Below, piece after piece: positions 1 through 9,195 of a stretch of DNA of 64,000 nt; position 1 is the stretch's first letter; each line of letters begins with the position of its first letter. The notes below the pieces were generated by a model. The model searched no databases and was not told where the DNA came from. It saw only the letters and a program-made list of their open reading frames with translations. The position numbers and the translations under genes were made by a program. This DNA comes from Clostridiales bacterium UBA7001 (GTDB lineage Bacteria > Bacillota > Clostridia > TANB77 > CAG-508), in assembly GCA_002449785.1 (NCBI GenBank), contig DJXP01000024.1:16820-80819 (forward strand), given 5' to 3'.

Positions 1-7
1 CACATAT

Positions 8-1165
8 ATGAAATTATTTTTAGAAGAATATAATTCTGGTAAGTTTGATTCTGATAAACTTAAAAAGCTTTTTGAAGAAATTTATTGGAAATGTCCTGAT
101 TTTGTTACACATATAGAGCTTAACATGAGATATTTATATAATAGTAATTCAAAAAGATTTGAAAAAGAATTAGATGAGAGAAATGAGGAGACTTTTGAAG
201 AGGCCCAATTAGATAAAAATGGAATAGTAAAAAAATTTTTTGAACTTAATAAATCATTAATAAAACTTAAAAGAAAAGACCCTAAATATATTATGGGAAA
301 ATTTATAAATGATGAATGGAGAATTAGTGACTTTAATAATAAGTCAATGGAAGTTTTATATGATAGATTATATTCTAAAAATTATTACGATTTATCTAAA
401 GAAGCTCAAGATGAAGTTGATATTAATTTTGGAAAATTACTAAATACACTTCAAGAATATAATATCTATAAAAAATATAAATTTATTATTGATGATGTTA
501 AAACTAAATATGCAAATAAAGATTCATTTAAAGATGCATTAAAGAAAAAGTTAAAAGAGCTTAATAAAAAAGAACAAAATTTAATAAAAGAAAATAAGAA
601 AAATAAAAGATTAATAAAATTAAGTAAAAATGTATTTTTTAAATTATTTAGAAAAAAAATAGAACATAAAATTTATGAATTCCCAGTAAATTCAAATATA
701 CAAATCAAAGAAATAAAAAAATTGTATTTAGAAATTGATGAAGAAAAAGTTAATGAAAAAATTGCAGAATTTGCTGATGATAATTGTTCAATAAAATATG
801 CATTTAAAATAGTAGAATCTTATTATAGCTATTTTTATGAATTAGTTAGTAAGAATCATGCAGATGATGATGTTGATGTTGTTAAAGAAGTTGATTCTTT
901 AATTGAATTTATAAATCAGCCATACAAAGTTATGATTAATAACATAAAACTAATAGAGGAACCAGAAATTACTTCTATTATTTCAAATAGATATAAAATA
1001 TTAAATATAAAGCTAGAAAAAGAAGATTTAGAAGAAAATTTAGATACAATTATGCAAGATGTTGAAAAAATTGTTAATTACTATAATATAAGAAAAAGTA
1101 ATATTAATTTAGATGATGTTAGATTTATGGAGAAAATTAAACCAATGATAGCTAAAAAGAAATAG
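8..1165 (+). CDS. hypothetical Lys/Glu-rich protein (may be 5' truncated by window edge)
   Basis: 385-aa ORF whose frame stays open to position 2. No motif I recognise. The signal peptidase gene follows 12 nt downstream. Confidence 0.5.
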   Translation: MKLFLEEYNSGKFDSDKLKKLFEEIYWKCPDFVTHIELNMRYLYNSNSKRFEKELDERNEETFEEAQLDKNGIVKKFFELNKSLIKLKRKDPKYIMGKFINDEWRISDFNNKSMEVLYDRLYSKNYYDLSKEAQDEVDINFGKLLNTLQEYNIYKKYKFIIDDVKTKYANKDSFKDALKKKLKELNKKEQNLIKENKKNKRLIKLSKNVFFKLFRKKIEHKIYEFPVNSNIQIKEIKKLYLEIDEEKVNEKIAEFADDNCSIKYAFKIVESYYSYFYELVSKNHADDDVDVVKEVDSLIEFINQPYKVMINNIKLIEEPEITSIISNRYKILNIKLEKEDLEENLDTIMQDVEKIVNYYNIRKSNINLDDVRFMEKIKPMIAKKK

Positions 1166-1177
1166 TGGGGAAGACAA

Positions 1178-1789
1178 ATGAAATATGATATAGATAATAT
1201 ATCAATTAGAATGAAAAAAACGCAAAAGATGAAAAAAGTTCTACACATATTATTATATATTTTCTTAATACAAATAATATTATTTAGCGTATTTTTAATT
1301 ATAGTAGAACTAGGAAATTCTTATGAACTTCCTAGTTTTTTAAATATTGATTTATATGTTGTAGAGTCAGATAGTATGAATCCTAAATTGAAAAAGAATG
1401 ATATTGTTGTAGTAAAAAAAGGGTATGAAAACGAGAGATATAAAGTTGGAAATATTATAACATTTAAGAAAAAAAATGGAGAAATAGTAACACATAGAAT
1501 TTCTAAAACAATTTTATCTGATATGCAAAAATCATATATTACTAAAGGTGATGCTAATATTGCTGAAGATACTGATATTGTTAAATATGAAAATATTATA
1601 GGCAAAGTTATATATGTTATGCCTCATCTTGGAAAAATTATGCAATTGTTTAAAAATAAGGCTTTTTTCATAACTTGTATTATTCTTTTAATGTTAAGTG
1701 TGTTAAATGATATAAGAATTAAAAAGAAGAAACTTGAAAGAAAAAAGATTAGAGAAAAATACGAGAAAAAATCAAAATTCTTTTTTTAA
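1178..1789 (+). CDS. sipW: signal peptidase I, SipW-like (ER/archaeal type, S26)
   Basis: N-terminal TM segment, then the Ser box VVESDSMNP, a His box (VTHRI) and TKGDAN, as in SipW-type S26 peptidases. There is also a C-terminal TM segment. Confidence 0.7.
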   Translation: MKYDIDNISIRMKKTQKMKKVLHILLYIFLIQIILFSVFLIIVELGNSYELPSFLNIDLYVVESDSMNPKLKKNDIVVVKKGYENERYKVGNIITFKKKNGEIVTHRISKTILSDMQKSYITKGDANIAEDTDIVKYENIIGKVIYVMPHLGKIMQLFKNKAFFITCIILLMLSVLNDIRIKKKKLERKKIREKYEKKSKFFF

Positions 1790-1806
1790 ATATATATGGG
1801 GGAATA

Positions 1807-2343
1807 ATGGCAGAAAGTAAGGATGTTATTGAAGCTAGAGAAAATTCACATAATAGAGAATATTTTTGGAATATAGTGGAAAAATTTCCAAATTTAATAG
1901 AATGGGCTGATGAAAAAATACGTGATGATAAGGAAATTATTATCAAAGCTGTTTCTGTTGATGGTGGTGCACTTGAATTTGCAAGTGATAATTTGAAAGA
2001 CGATAAAGATGTATTACTTACTGCAACAAATCAAGCCGGTTGGACTTGTTGCTATGCAAGTGATAGATTGAAGGCAGATAAAGATGTATTATTAACTGCA
2101 TGCAAAAATGATGGTCAAGTATTATATTTTGCAAGCAAAGAGTTAAGAGATGACAAAGATGTTGTCTTAACTGCTGTTTCTAATAAACCAATTATAGTTA
2201 AATATGCAAGTTTAAGGTTAAGAAGTGATAAAGATGTTGCTATTACTGCAATAAGTAGAGGAAAGGAAAAAGTTACAGAATACTTTGACGAAAAGCTTAT
2301 GAATGATAGTGATATAAAAAAAATATTGGAGGAAAATAAGTAA
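1807..2343 (+). CDS. DUF4116 repeat protein
   Basis: Four to five tandem copies of a ~30-aa unit (DDKDVLLTA....G..L.FAS..L+) typical of DUF4116 repeats. Confidence 0.6.
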   Translation: MAESKDVIEARENSHNREYFWNIVEKFPNLIEWADEKIRDDKEIIIKAVSVDGGALEFASDNLKDDKDVLLTATNQAGWTCCYASDRLKADKDVLLTACKNDGQVLYFASKELRDDKDVVLTAVSNKPIIVKYASLRLRSDKDVAITAISRGKEKVTEYFDEKLMNDSDIKKILEENK

Positions 2344-2374
2344 AAACATTAAATTTAATATTTAAAATATGAAT

Positions 2375-2419
2375 ACCTCTCTTTTTATTGAATATATAAA
2401 TAAAAAGAGAGGTTTTTTT
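2375..2419 (+). terminator. rho-independent terminator
   Basis: The acctctcttttta / taaaaagagaggt inverted repeat (13-bp arms) is followed by a T7 run. The 3' arm also supplies the yqfC RBS. Confidence 0.7.
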
Positions 2420-2689
2420 ATGAGAGATTATATTAAAGTTAGTAAATTTTTAGAAATTCCAAGAGAGGTTTTAAGCAATATTCCAAAAATAACAGTAACA
2501 GGATTTGATGAAATTTTAATTGAAAATTTTAAAGGAATATTAGAGTATGAGGATTTTTTTGTTAGGATTAGTACTACGATAGGAAATATTAATATAAATG
2601 GTTTTAATTTAAAACTTAATCAGATGACAGATGATGATATTCTAGTTAGTGGAAAAATTGAGAATATTGATTTTGAAAAAAGGAGATAA
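2420..2689 (+). CDS. yqfC: sporulation protein YqfC
   Basis: ~90 aa with ITVTG..E.LIENFKGILEY....VRI....G.I.I.G..L.L, matching the YqfC family. It lies immediately upstream of yqfD. Start placed at MRDYIKV (2420) rather than the upstream ORF-track start. Confidence 0.85.
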   Translation: MRDYIKVSKFLEIPREVLSNIPKITVTGFDEILIENFKGILEYEDFFVRISTTIGNININGFNLKLNQMTDDDILVSGKIENIDFEKRR

Positions 2690-2691
2690 AA

Positions 2692-3882
2692 ATGTTATTT
2701 CAAAAAATAATAATGTTTATTTTAGGATATGTAAATATTAGTGTAGAAGGTTTTTTTATTGAAAAATTTATAAATGCGTGTAAAAGTAAAGATATAGTCC
2801 TTCAAAATTTACATCTAGAAAATGATTCGCTTTTAAAAGCTAAAGTTCTTAAAAGTGATTTTAAAGATATAGTACATATTTCTAAAAAAACAAAATGTAA
2901 GATTAAAATTGAAAGAAAAAATGGAATTCCCTTTTTTGTTAATAAATATAGGAGAAGGAAAATATTTGCAATTGCAATTTGTGTAATTGCAATTTTAATT
3001 TTTGTACTTACGAGATTTATATGGAATATAGATATTGAGGGAAATGAAAATATTGAAGAAGCTGAGATTATAGATATGATTAATAAATATGGTATTAATA
3101 TAGGAACTAGAAAAAATAGTATTAATACACAAAAAGTATGTAATTTAATAATGATTGAGAGAGAAGATATAGCATGGATTGGAATAAATATAAAAGGTAC
3201 AAATGCTATTGTCTCAATTAAAGAGTCTAAAAGAATCCCAGAAATTATAGATAGAAATGAAATATGTAATATTGTTGCAAATAAAAGTGCACAAATAGAT
3301 AAAATTATTGTTCGAAACGGTACTGCAAAAGTCAATGTCGGTGATTATGTAAATCAAGGAGATTTATTAGTTGAAGGGATGATGGAAGGAACATATACAG
3401 GAACAAGATCAGTTCATGCAGATGCAGATGTTTATGGAGAAAATACTATTATTAAAGAAAAAAAAGAGAGTTTTGTGCAAAATGAAACAATATTTAGTGG
3501 GAAAAAAGAAAAAATATATGAAATGTGTATAAATAATTTTAAAATAAATTTTAATAAAAGGGTTTCAAAATTTAAAAATTATGATACAATAAATAAAAAT
3601 ATGAAGTTAAGATTTTTTTCGAATTACTATTTTCCAATAGAAATGAAAATAATTACAAATGAAGAGATAGAAATGCTAGAAAAAAAATATTCTGAAGAAG
3701 AACTAAAAACTAAGATTGTTAAAGAAATTGAAGATGAATTTGAAAAAGAATACAGTATTTCAGAAATTGAAGAGGAAAATATTAATAGAAATGAAGAAAT
3801 AACGAATAGTGGTGATGAATTAAACGTAAAAATTACTTATATAATTAGAGAGCAGATAGGTACAAAAGTAAATGTTAATTAA
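2692..3882 (+). CDS. yqfD: sporulation protein YqfD
   Basis: 396 aa with a central TM segment and YqfD-like N-terminus (GYV.I.VEGFFIEKFIN.C). Conserved synteny yqfC-yqfD. Confidence 0.85.
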   Translation: MLFQKIIMFILGYVNISVEGFFIEKFINACKSKDIVLQNLHLENDSLLKAKVLKSDFKDIVHISKKTKCKIKIERKNGIPFFVNKYRRRKIFAIAICVIAILIFVLTRFIWNIDIEGNENIEEAEIIDMINKYGINIGTRKNSINTQKVCNLIMIEREDIAWIGINIKGTNAIVSIKESKRIPEIIDRNEICNIVANKSAQIDKIIVRNGTAKVNVGDYVNQGDLLVEGMMEGTYTGTRSVHADADVYGENTIIKEKKESFVQNETIFSGKKEKIYEMCINNFKINFNKRVSKFKNYDTINKNMKLRFFSNYYFPIEMKIITNEEIEMLEKKYSEEELKTKIVKEIEDEFEKEYSISEIEEENINRNEEITNSGDELNVKITYIIREQIGTKVNVN

Positions 3883-3901
3883 AGGAGGAAATGAGGTATA
3901 T

Positions 3902-5083
3902 ATGGCTGTAGAAAGAAGTTTAAAAGTACTTTCAAATGATACAACTTTTTTTAATAAGGTATCTACAACATTAACAAAGCTACTAATTCCTACAAGAGTT
4001 GGAATTAATGGTATTATGATTAATATGAAAAGAAGTGGACTGTTAAAATCATTTGAACAGTTAAAAAATGCCACTGAAATTAATGATATAGATAAAATTG
4101 AACAGTATAAAAACAGGTATGAAGAAAGTTATACATTGTATTTAGAATCAATTGATAAATATATTATGGATTCAATATACAAAAAAGTAAAAAATGGAAC
4201 AGCTTCTGTCTTTGAGAGTGATGCTCTGTCAAATTATTATACAATAGTTCATTTAAAAGAAAATGAGTATATAGAATATAAATATAGAAAACAAAAGTTT
4301 TTATTAGATTTAGATTATGAAAGCATTTCATCAGGAAAAAAAGAAAAAGTTTTAAGAAGATATGCTCCTATATATGTTCAAAAATGTGATTCAATCTATA
4401 AAGGAATACTAAAAAATTATTCTGTAAAATTAGTAGATGGATTAATGGCTACTAAAATAAATCAGATAGAAATATATAAAAAAATATTTGAAACACTTGA
4501 AGACTATATTAAAAAAATATTACCAATAAAATTAAAGATGGATGGAGAAGAAAAATATAGTAAAATCATAGAAGAATATGAAAATTATGAACGCTTTGAT
4601 GTAGGAAAATTAGATGAAAAAGATTTTTTAGAAAAAAATATGATTTTATTGGGATTAAGTAGAAATCTATTTACACATAGTTTACCTTTAGTAGCAGCAG
4701 AACAATGCTATAAGAAATTATTAAAAGATACTAGATTATTAATTATGAAATCTAAATCAGAAGAGAAAAAAGAATCTACGTATCAGATGTTATTAAAACT
4801 AATAGAAGATTATAATGTTAAACTTTTATCTACAAAAGTATATTGGGAAAATAGTAAAGAAAGAGAAATTTATAAAAAGTTTTGGGATTCATATAGTAAA
4901 ACTAATTCAAGTAAAAAAAGAGAAATTTTATCAATAAAACGAGAATTATATGATACTAATTTAGAATATGAAAAATATGATAGTTTACGAAAATTTTATA
5001 AGCAAAAATTAGTAAAATTAGGAGCAATGAAAAATTTAAAAAATTCAAGAAAGACTCTCAATGGGTTTTTTACAAAGTTATAA
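3902..5083 (+). CDS. hypothetical protein (occupies the position of phoH/pgpH in the yqf block)
   Basis: ORF with a strong RBS (aaaggaggaaatgagg) before ATG 3902. No recognisable motif. Confidence 0.6.
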   Translation: MAVERSLKVLSNDTTFFNKVSTTLTKLLIPTRVGINGIMINMKRSGLLKSFEQLKNATEINDIDKIEQYKNRYEESYTLYLESIDKYIMDSIYKKVKNGTASVFESDALSNYYTIVHLKENEYIEYKYRKQKFLLDLDYESISSGKKEKVLRRYAPIYVQKCDSIYKGILKNYSVKLVDGLMATKINQIEIYKKIFETLEDYIKKILPIKLKMDGEEKYSKIIEEYENYERFDVGKLDEKDFLEKNMILLGLSRNLFTHSLPLVAAEQCYKKLLKDTRLLIMKSKSEEKKESTYQMLLKLIEDYNVKLLSTKVYWENSKEREIYKKFWDSYSKTNSSKKREILSIKRELYDTNLEYEKYDSLRKFYKQKLVKLGAMKNLKNSRKTLNGFFTKL

Positions 5084-5097
5084 GTTTAAGAGGTTGT

Positions 5098-5574
5098 ATG
5101 GAAGAAAAAGCTGAAATAGAATTTTTAGATATAGAAGAAAATATTGAATATAAGAAAATAGTTAATAAAGTAATTGATGAATGTTTTAGGATTGAAAAAT
5201 TAAATGATCTTAGTTTATATGTAAGTATAATTCTAACAAATCCAGACAATATTCAAAAAATTAATAAGCAGTATAGAAATATAGATAAACCAACTGACGT
5301 TCTTTCATTTCCAATGTTTGAAAAAAACGAAATAGCGAATTTGAAAAATCTAACTCATGAAGAGGTATTAGGTGATATTGTTATATCTATTGAAAAAGTT
5401 ATAGAACAAGCAAAAGAATATGGTCATAGTTTTGAAAGAGAATTATCATATATGGTAGTACATGGTTTTTATCATTTGATGGGTGAAGATCATATAGAAG
5501 AAGAAGATAAAAAAAGAATGAGAGAAAAAGAGGAAAAGGTTTTAACTGTTATCAGTAATAAATCTATAGAGTAA
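5098..5574 (+). CDS. ybeY: rRNA maturation RNase YbeY
   Basis: Zinc-binding motif HGFYHLMGEDH near the C-terminus, 158 aa, conserved position upstream of dgkA/era. Confidence 0.9.
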   Translation: MEEKAEIEFLDIEENIEYKKIVNKVIDECFRIEKLNDLSLYVSIILTNPDNIQKINKQYRNIDKPTDVLSFPMFEKNEIANLKNLTHEEVLGDIVISIEKVIEQAKEYGHSFERELSYMVVHGFYHLMGEDHIEEEDKKRMREKEEKVLTVISNKSIE

Positions 5575-5577
5575 AAA

Positions 5578-5961
5578 ATGGAAAGCAAGTGGAAAAACAA
5601 AAACTTTACAGATGCATTAAAAAATTCATTAAATGGAATAAATTATATATATATAAATGAACGTAATTTTAGAATACAATTAGTATTTGCTATTATTGCA
5701 TTACTTGTTGGGATTATTTTAAAATTGAGTTTAATACAATTTGCTATTATTATATTAGTGATTTTTTTAGTACTTATAGCAGAATGTATTAATACTATAA
5801 TAGAGGTAATTATAGATATGTATACAGAGGAATATAATGAAAAAGCAAAAATTGCTAAAGATGTTTCAGCAGGTGCAGTAACTTTAATGGCAATATGCTC
5901 TATTATTATTGGAATTATAATATATTTGCCAGCATTTATTAATTTATTAAGGGGTTTTTAA
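5578..5961 (+). CDS. dgkA: diacylglycerol/undecaprenol kinase DgkA
   Basis: 127 aa, three TM segments, E..NFRIQ and NT.IE motifs of the DAGK_prokar family. Synteny ybeY-dgkA-era. Confidence 0.85.
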   Translation: MESKWKNKNFTDALKNSLNGINYIYINERNFRIQLVFAIIALLVGIILKLSLIQFAIIILVIFLVLIAECINTIIEVIIDMYTEEYNEKAKIAKDVSAGAVTLMAICSIIIGIIIYLPAFINLLRGF

Positions 5962-5962
5962 T

Positions 5963-6253
5963 ATGAATAAAAAAGAATTTGAATCACGAATTGAGAAATT
6001 GAATGTAAAAAAAGTTAAGGAAAAAGGAATAAAAAGTTTATTTGATAATAATAGAGATTATTATATAAAAAACGAACTAAATATTTATGGCATTTATAAA
6101 AAAGATAAAGATTTTGTGATATTTTTTAAAGATTCTGAAAGGGGTATAATTACTGAACTGGGCAGATTTGAGGCAGAAGAAGATGCATATGAAGAATTGT
6201 ATAATACAATTAATTCTTGGGAAGATAATAAAGAAGCAAATATGGCTAAATAA
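5963..6253 (+). CDS. hypothetical protein
   Basis: 96-aa ORF tightly packed between dgkA and era. No motif recognised. Confidence 0.5.
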   Translation: MNKKEFESRIEKLNVKKVKEKGIKSLFDNNRDYYIKNELNIYGIYKKDKDFVIFFKDSERGIITELGRFEAEEDAYEELYNTINSWEDNKEANMAK

Positions 6254-6286
6254 ATACATTATAAAATATAAAAATAGAAGGGAAAT

Positions 6287-7192
6287 GTGATGGGGGTATT
6301 TAAATCTGGTTTTGTAACATTAGTTGGAAGAACTAATGTTGGAAAATCAACACTTTTAAATGCATTAGTTAAAGAAAAAATTGCAATTACTGCAAATAAA
6401 GTACAAACAACAAGAACTGCAATTAAAGCTATAATAACTAAAGAAGATTATCAAATAATAATTACAGACACTCCAGGAATTCATAAACCAAAGACAAAAC
6501 TTAGTCAGACAATGATAGATACAGCTTTTTCTATGTTTCAAGATGTTGATGTAATACTATTTTTAATAGAAGCAACATCAGATGAAATTGGAAAAGGAGA
6601 TATGAGGATTTTAGAAAAAATCAAAGAAAGTAAAAAACCATGTATCTTAGTAATTAATAAAATAGATTTGGTAAAAAAAGAAAAAATTCTTAATCTTATA
6701 GAAATTTATAAAGATTTATATAATTTTAATGCAATTATACCAATTTCTGCATATAAAGAAGAGCAGATAGAAGGTATAATAGATGAAATTTTAAAAATAT
6801 TACCTGAAGGTCCTAAATATTATCAAGATGATGAATATACAGATCAAACAGTAAGACAAATATCAGAGGAAATAATTAGAGAAAAAGCACTAAAATTTTT
6901 AGAAGATGAAGTACCACATGGAATATATGTTGAAATAGAAGATTTTAAATTTAGGAAAAATAAAAATGGAAAAGAACTATATGATATTAATGCAACAATA
7001 TATTGCCAAAAGAATTCACATAAAGGTATTATAATAGGAAAAAATGGAAATTTATTAAAAAAAATAGCTACATATTCAAGAAAAGACATTGAAGAAATGC
7101 TAGGTATGCAAGTTAATTTAAAAGTTTGGGTAAAAGTAAAAAGTGATTGGCAAAATATGGATAATATTATTAGTAAATTCAGGTTAAAATAG
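6287..7192 (+). CDS. era: GTPase Era
   Basis: G1 GRTNVGKST, G3 DTPG, G4 NKID, C-terminal KH domain (VEIE...LKVWVKV). Confidence 0.95.
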   Translation: MMGVFKSGFVTLVGRTNVGKSTLLNALVKEKIAITANKVQTTRTAIKAIITKEDYQIIITDTPGIHKPKTKLSQTMIDTAFSMFQDVDVILFLIEATSDEIGKGDMRILEKIKESKKPCILVINKIDLVKKEKILNLIEIYKDLYNFNAIIPISAYKEEQIEGIIDEILKILPEGPKYYQDDEYTDQTVRQISEEIIREKALKFLEDEVPHGIYVEIEDFKFRKNKNGKELYDINATIYCQKNSHKGIIIGKNGNLLKKIATYSRKDIEEMLGMQVNLKVWVKVKSDWQNMDNIISKFRLK

Positions 7193-7216
7193 TACAAAAG
7201 AAAGGTGTGGTACAAA

Positions 7217-7369
7217 ATGATTAAAAATATTGCGTGGAATACTTTTAAACAAACAGGAGATATAAATTCTTATCTAGAATTTAAACAAACTCAAAATATT
7301 GAAAATAATATAAGGGTAAATATAAATGAAAAGAATCAAAGTAAATGGGATAGTAATATCAGAAAATAA
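7217..7369 (+). CDS. yqzL: YqzL family small protein
   Basis: 50-aa ORF absent from the ORF track (under 60 aa). It starts MIKNIAWNTFKQTGDINSYLEFK, which resembles YqzL (W..F..TG.I..YL..K). It sits between era and recO as in Bacillus and overlaps the recO start by 44 nt in another frame. Confidence 0.6.
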   Translation: MIKNIAWNTFKQTGDINSYLEFKQTQNIENNIRVNINEKNQSKWDSNIRK

Positions 7370-8054
7370 TATGGGTGATTTTGATAAAATGCTTACATTA
7401 TTAACCCCGAATTTGGGAAAAATTGGGTGCAGTGCAAAAGGTGCCAGGCGAGCTAAAAGTCTTTTGCTAAGTAGCACTCAATTTTTATGCTTTGGAGAAT
7501 TTATGCTATTTAAAGGTTCAGATACATATACAATAAATTCTGCACAAACAATTGAAATGTTTTATAATATTAGAACAGACTTAGAAAAATTAACATATGC
7601 TTCATATATTACAAAGATTATAAATGATGTTACAACAGAAAATCAAAATAGTTTTAATACATTAAAATTATTTTTAAATACTTTATATATGATATCAGAA
7701 ACAGATAAAAATTTAGATTTTATTATTTCTGTTTTTAAAATACGACTATTAAAAATATTAGGATTTGCACCAAATTCTATTTCTTGCGTATCATGTCAAA
7801 CAAAAGATAATTTAACTTTTTTTAGTATAAAAGACAATGGTTTTAAATGTATAAATTGTGGCAAGCATGATACTGGTGCTATAAAAATGAGTGAGGCAAC
7901 AAAATCAGCAATTATATATATATTAAAAGCAGATTCTAAAAAAATATTTTCATTTAATCTATCAGAAAAATATTATAAAGAACTTGAGCTTATAGCGAAT
8001 CTTTATTTAAATGAAAAATTAGAAAAAGAATATAGACTAGAAAAGATGTTTTAA
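7326..8054 (+). CDS. recO: DNA repair protein RecO
   Basis: 242 aa with an N-terminal OB-fold pattern (G.V......GE.DK.L.LLT...GKI) and a C..C...C..C zinc motif (CVSC...CINCG). Synteny with era. Confidence 0.9.
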   Translation: MKRIKVNGIVISENNMGDFDKMLTLLTPNLGKIGCSAKGARRAKSLLLSSTQFLCFGEFMLFKGSDTYTINSAQTIEMFYNIRTDLEKLTYASYITKIINDVTTENQNSFNTLKLFLNTLYMISETDKNLDFIISVFKIRLLKILGFAPNSISCVSCQTKDNLTFFSIKDNGFKCINCGKHDTGAIKMSEATKSAIIYILKADSKKIFSFNLSEKYYKELELIANLYLNEKLEKEYRLEKMF

Positions 8055-8084
8055 TGATTTATTCATATATATATTTTAAAGTAC

Positions 8085-8113
8085 TTGCAAATTTATAAAA
8101 ATACTTATATAAT
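8085..8113 (+). promoter_or_regulatory. candidate sigma-A promoter of hpf
   Basis: TTGCAA, a 17-nt spacer, then TATAAT, about 75 nt upstream of the hpf start. Confidence 0.45.
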
Positions 8114-8189
8114 AACAGTACAAAATAAAACAAACTTGTATTATTTTGAAATATAATTGAAAGTAAATTTAATCGAAGGAGTGATTATT

Positions 8190-8729
8190 ATGAATATAAC
8201 AATAACAGGTAAAGATTTAAAGGCAACAGATGCAATAAAAGATTATGTTGAGAAAAAATTATCAAGAGTTGAAAAATATTTTTCAGAAGGTGAGAAACTT
8301 GATGTTAATGCAACTATAAAAAAAGAAAATTCTACCACTGAAATTGCAGAAATGTATGTTTCAGTTAAAGGAACTTCTTATAAAGCTGTTACAGAAGATA
8401 AAGATTTATATGCAGCAATTGATAAAGATATAGATATTTTAGAAGGGCAAATAAGAAAAACAAAAGCTAAAAAAGAAAAAATGCAAAAAGATTCTTCAAT
8501 TAAACAAATGAACATAATGGGAGTTGAAGAACATCCAATTGAAAATGAGGTTATTAAATCATTATATTATGAGATAAAACCAATTTCTGTTGAAGATGCA
8601 AAACTAAAATTAGATGAAAGAAAAGGAAATATATTTTATTCTTTTGTAAATGTAGATACAGGAAAAGTTAATATAATATATAAATTAAAAGATTCAAATA
8701 ATTATGGATTAGTAGAACCGGAAGCATAA
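8190..8729 (+). CDS. hpf: ribosome hibernation promoting factor (long HPF)
   Basis: MNITITGK.L..TDAIKDYVEKKL.+.EKYF matches the HPF/RaiA N-domain. A C-terminal dimerisation domain gives a length of about 180 aa. Confidence 0.9.
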   Translation: MNITITGKDLKATDAIKDYVEKKLSRVEKYFSEGEKLDVNATIKKENSTTEIAEMYVSVKGTSYKAVTEDKDLYAAIDKDIDILEGQIRKTKAKKEKMQKDSSIKQMNIMGVEEHPIENEVIKSLYYEIKPISVEDAKLKLDERKGNIFYSFVNVDTGKVNIIYKLKDSNNYGLVEPEA

Positions 8730-8843
8730 TTGACTGAAAGTTTCCAAAATTTTCTTGTTTAAAATTTTAAAATTTACGCATTATATATATTGAAATTGAT
8801 AAATTATTTTATTTATCTTTTTCTAAATAATGCGGAGGTGAAT

Positions 8844-9047
8844 ATGATGGCAAGAAGTAATAAAAAAGTTGTTCCAGAAGCTATGGATTCATTAGAAAGA
8901 TTTAAATATGAAGTAGCTAATGAAGTAGGTGTTAACTTAAAAAATGGTTATAACGGAAATATATCTGCAAGAGATGCAGGTAAAATCGGTGGTAATATGG
9001 TTAGAAAGTTAATAGAACAAGCTGAAAATCAAATGACTAATAAATAG
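8844..9047 (+). CDS. small acid-soluble spore protein, alpha/beta type
   Basis: 67 aa. Motifs ...KYEVANE.GV.L....NG..SARD.G.IGG.MV+.LI..AE. RBS ggaggtg lies 5 nt upstream. Confidence 0.9.
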   Translation: MMARSNKKVVPEAMDSLERFKYEVANEVGVNLKNGYNGNISARDAGKIGGNMVRKLIEQAENQMTNK

Positions 9048-9055
9048 TTGAATAA

Positions 9056-9082
9056 AGGGGCTTTAAATAAAAGCCTCTTTTT
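9056..9082 (+). terminator. rho-independent terminator
   Basis: The aggggctt / aagcctct stem is followed by a T-run directly after the SASP stop. Confidence 0.7.
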
Positions 9083-9195
9083 ATTTGTATTGTTTATATT
9101 ATAAAACAGCTAAAAAATGTTGTCAAAAAATAGTTTAATGATATAATGTGAAAGAAGAAAAAAGAAGAAAAATATAAAAGTAGGAGAATAGAATT

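Noticed and set aside
1321-3335. Minus-strand ORFs 1321-1605, 1749-1946 and 2802-3335
   Set aside because: They are nested antisense to sipW-like, DUF4116 and yqfD genes that have family motifs. Their hydrophobic, low-complexity translations are typical of AT-rich antisense frames.
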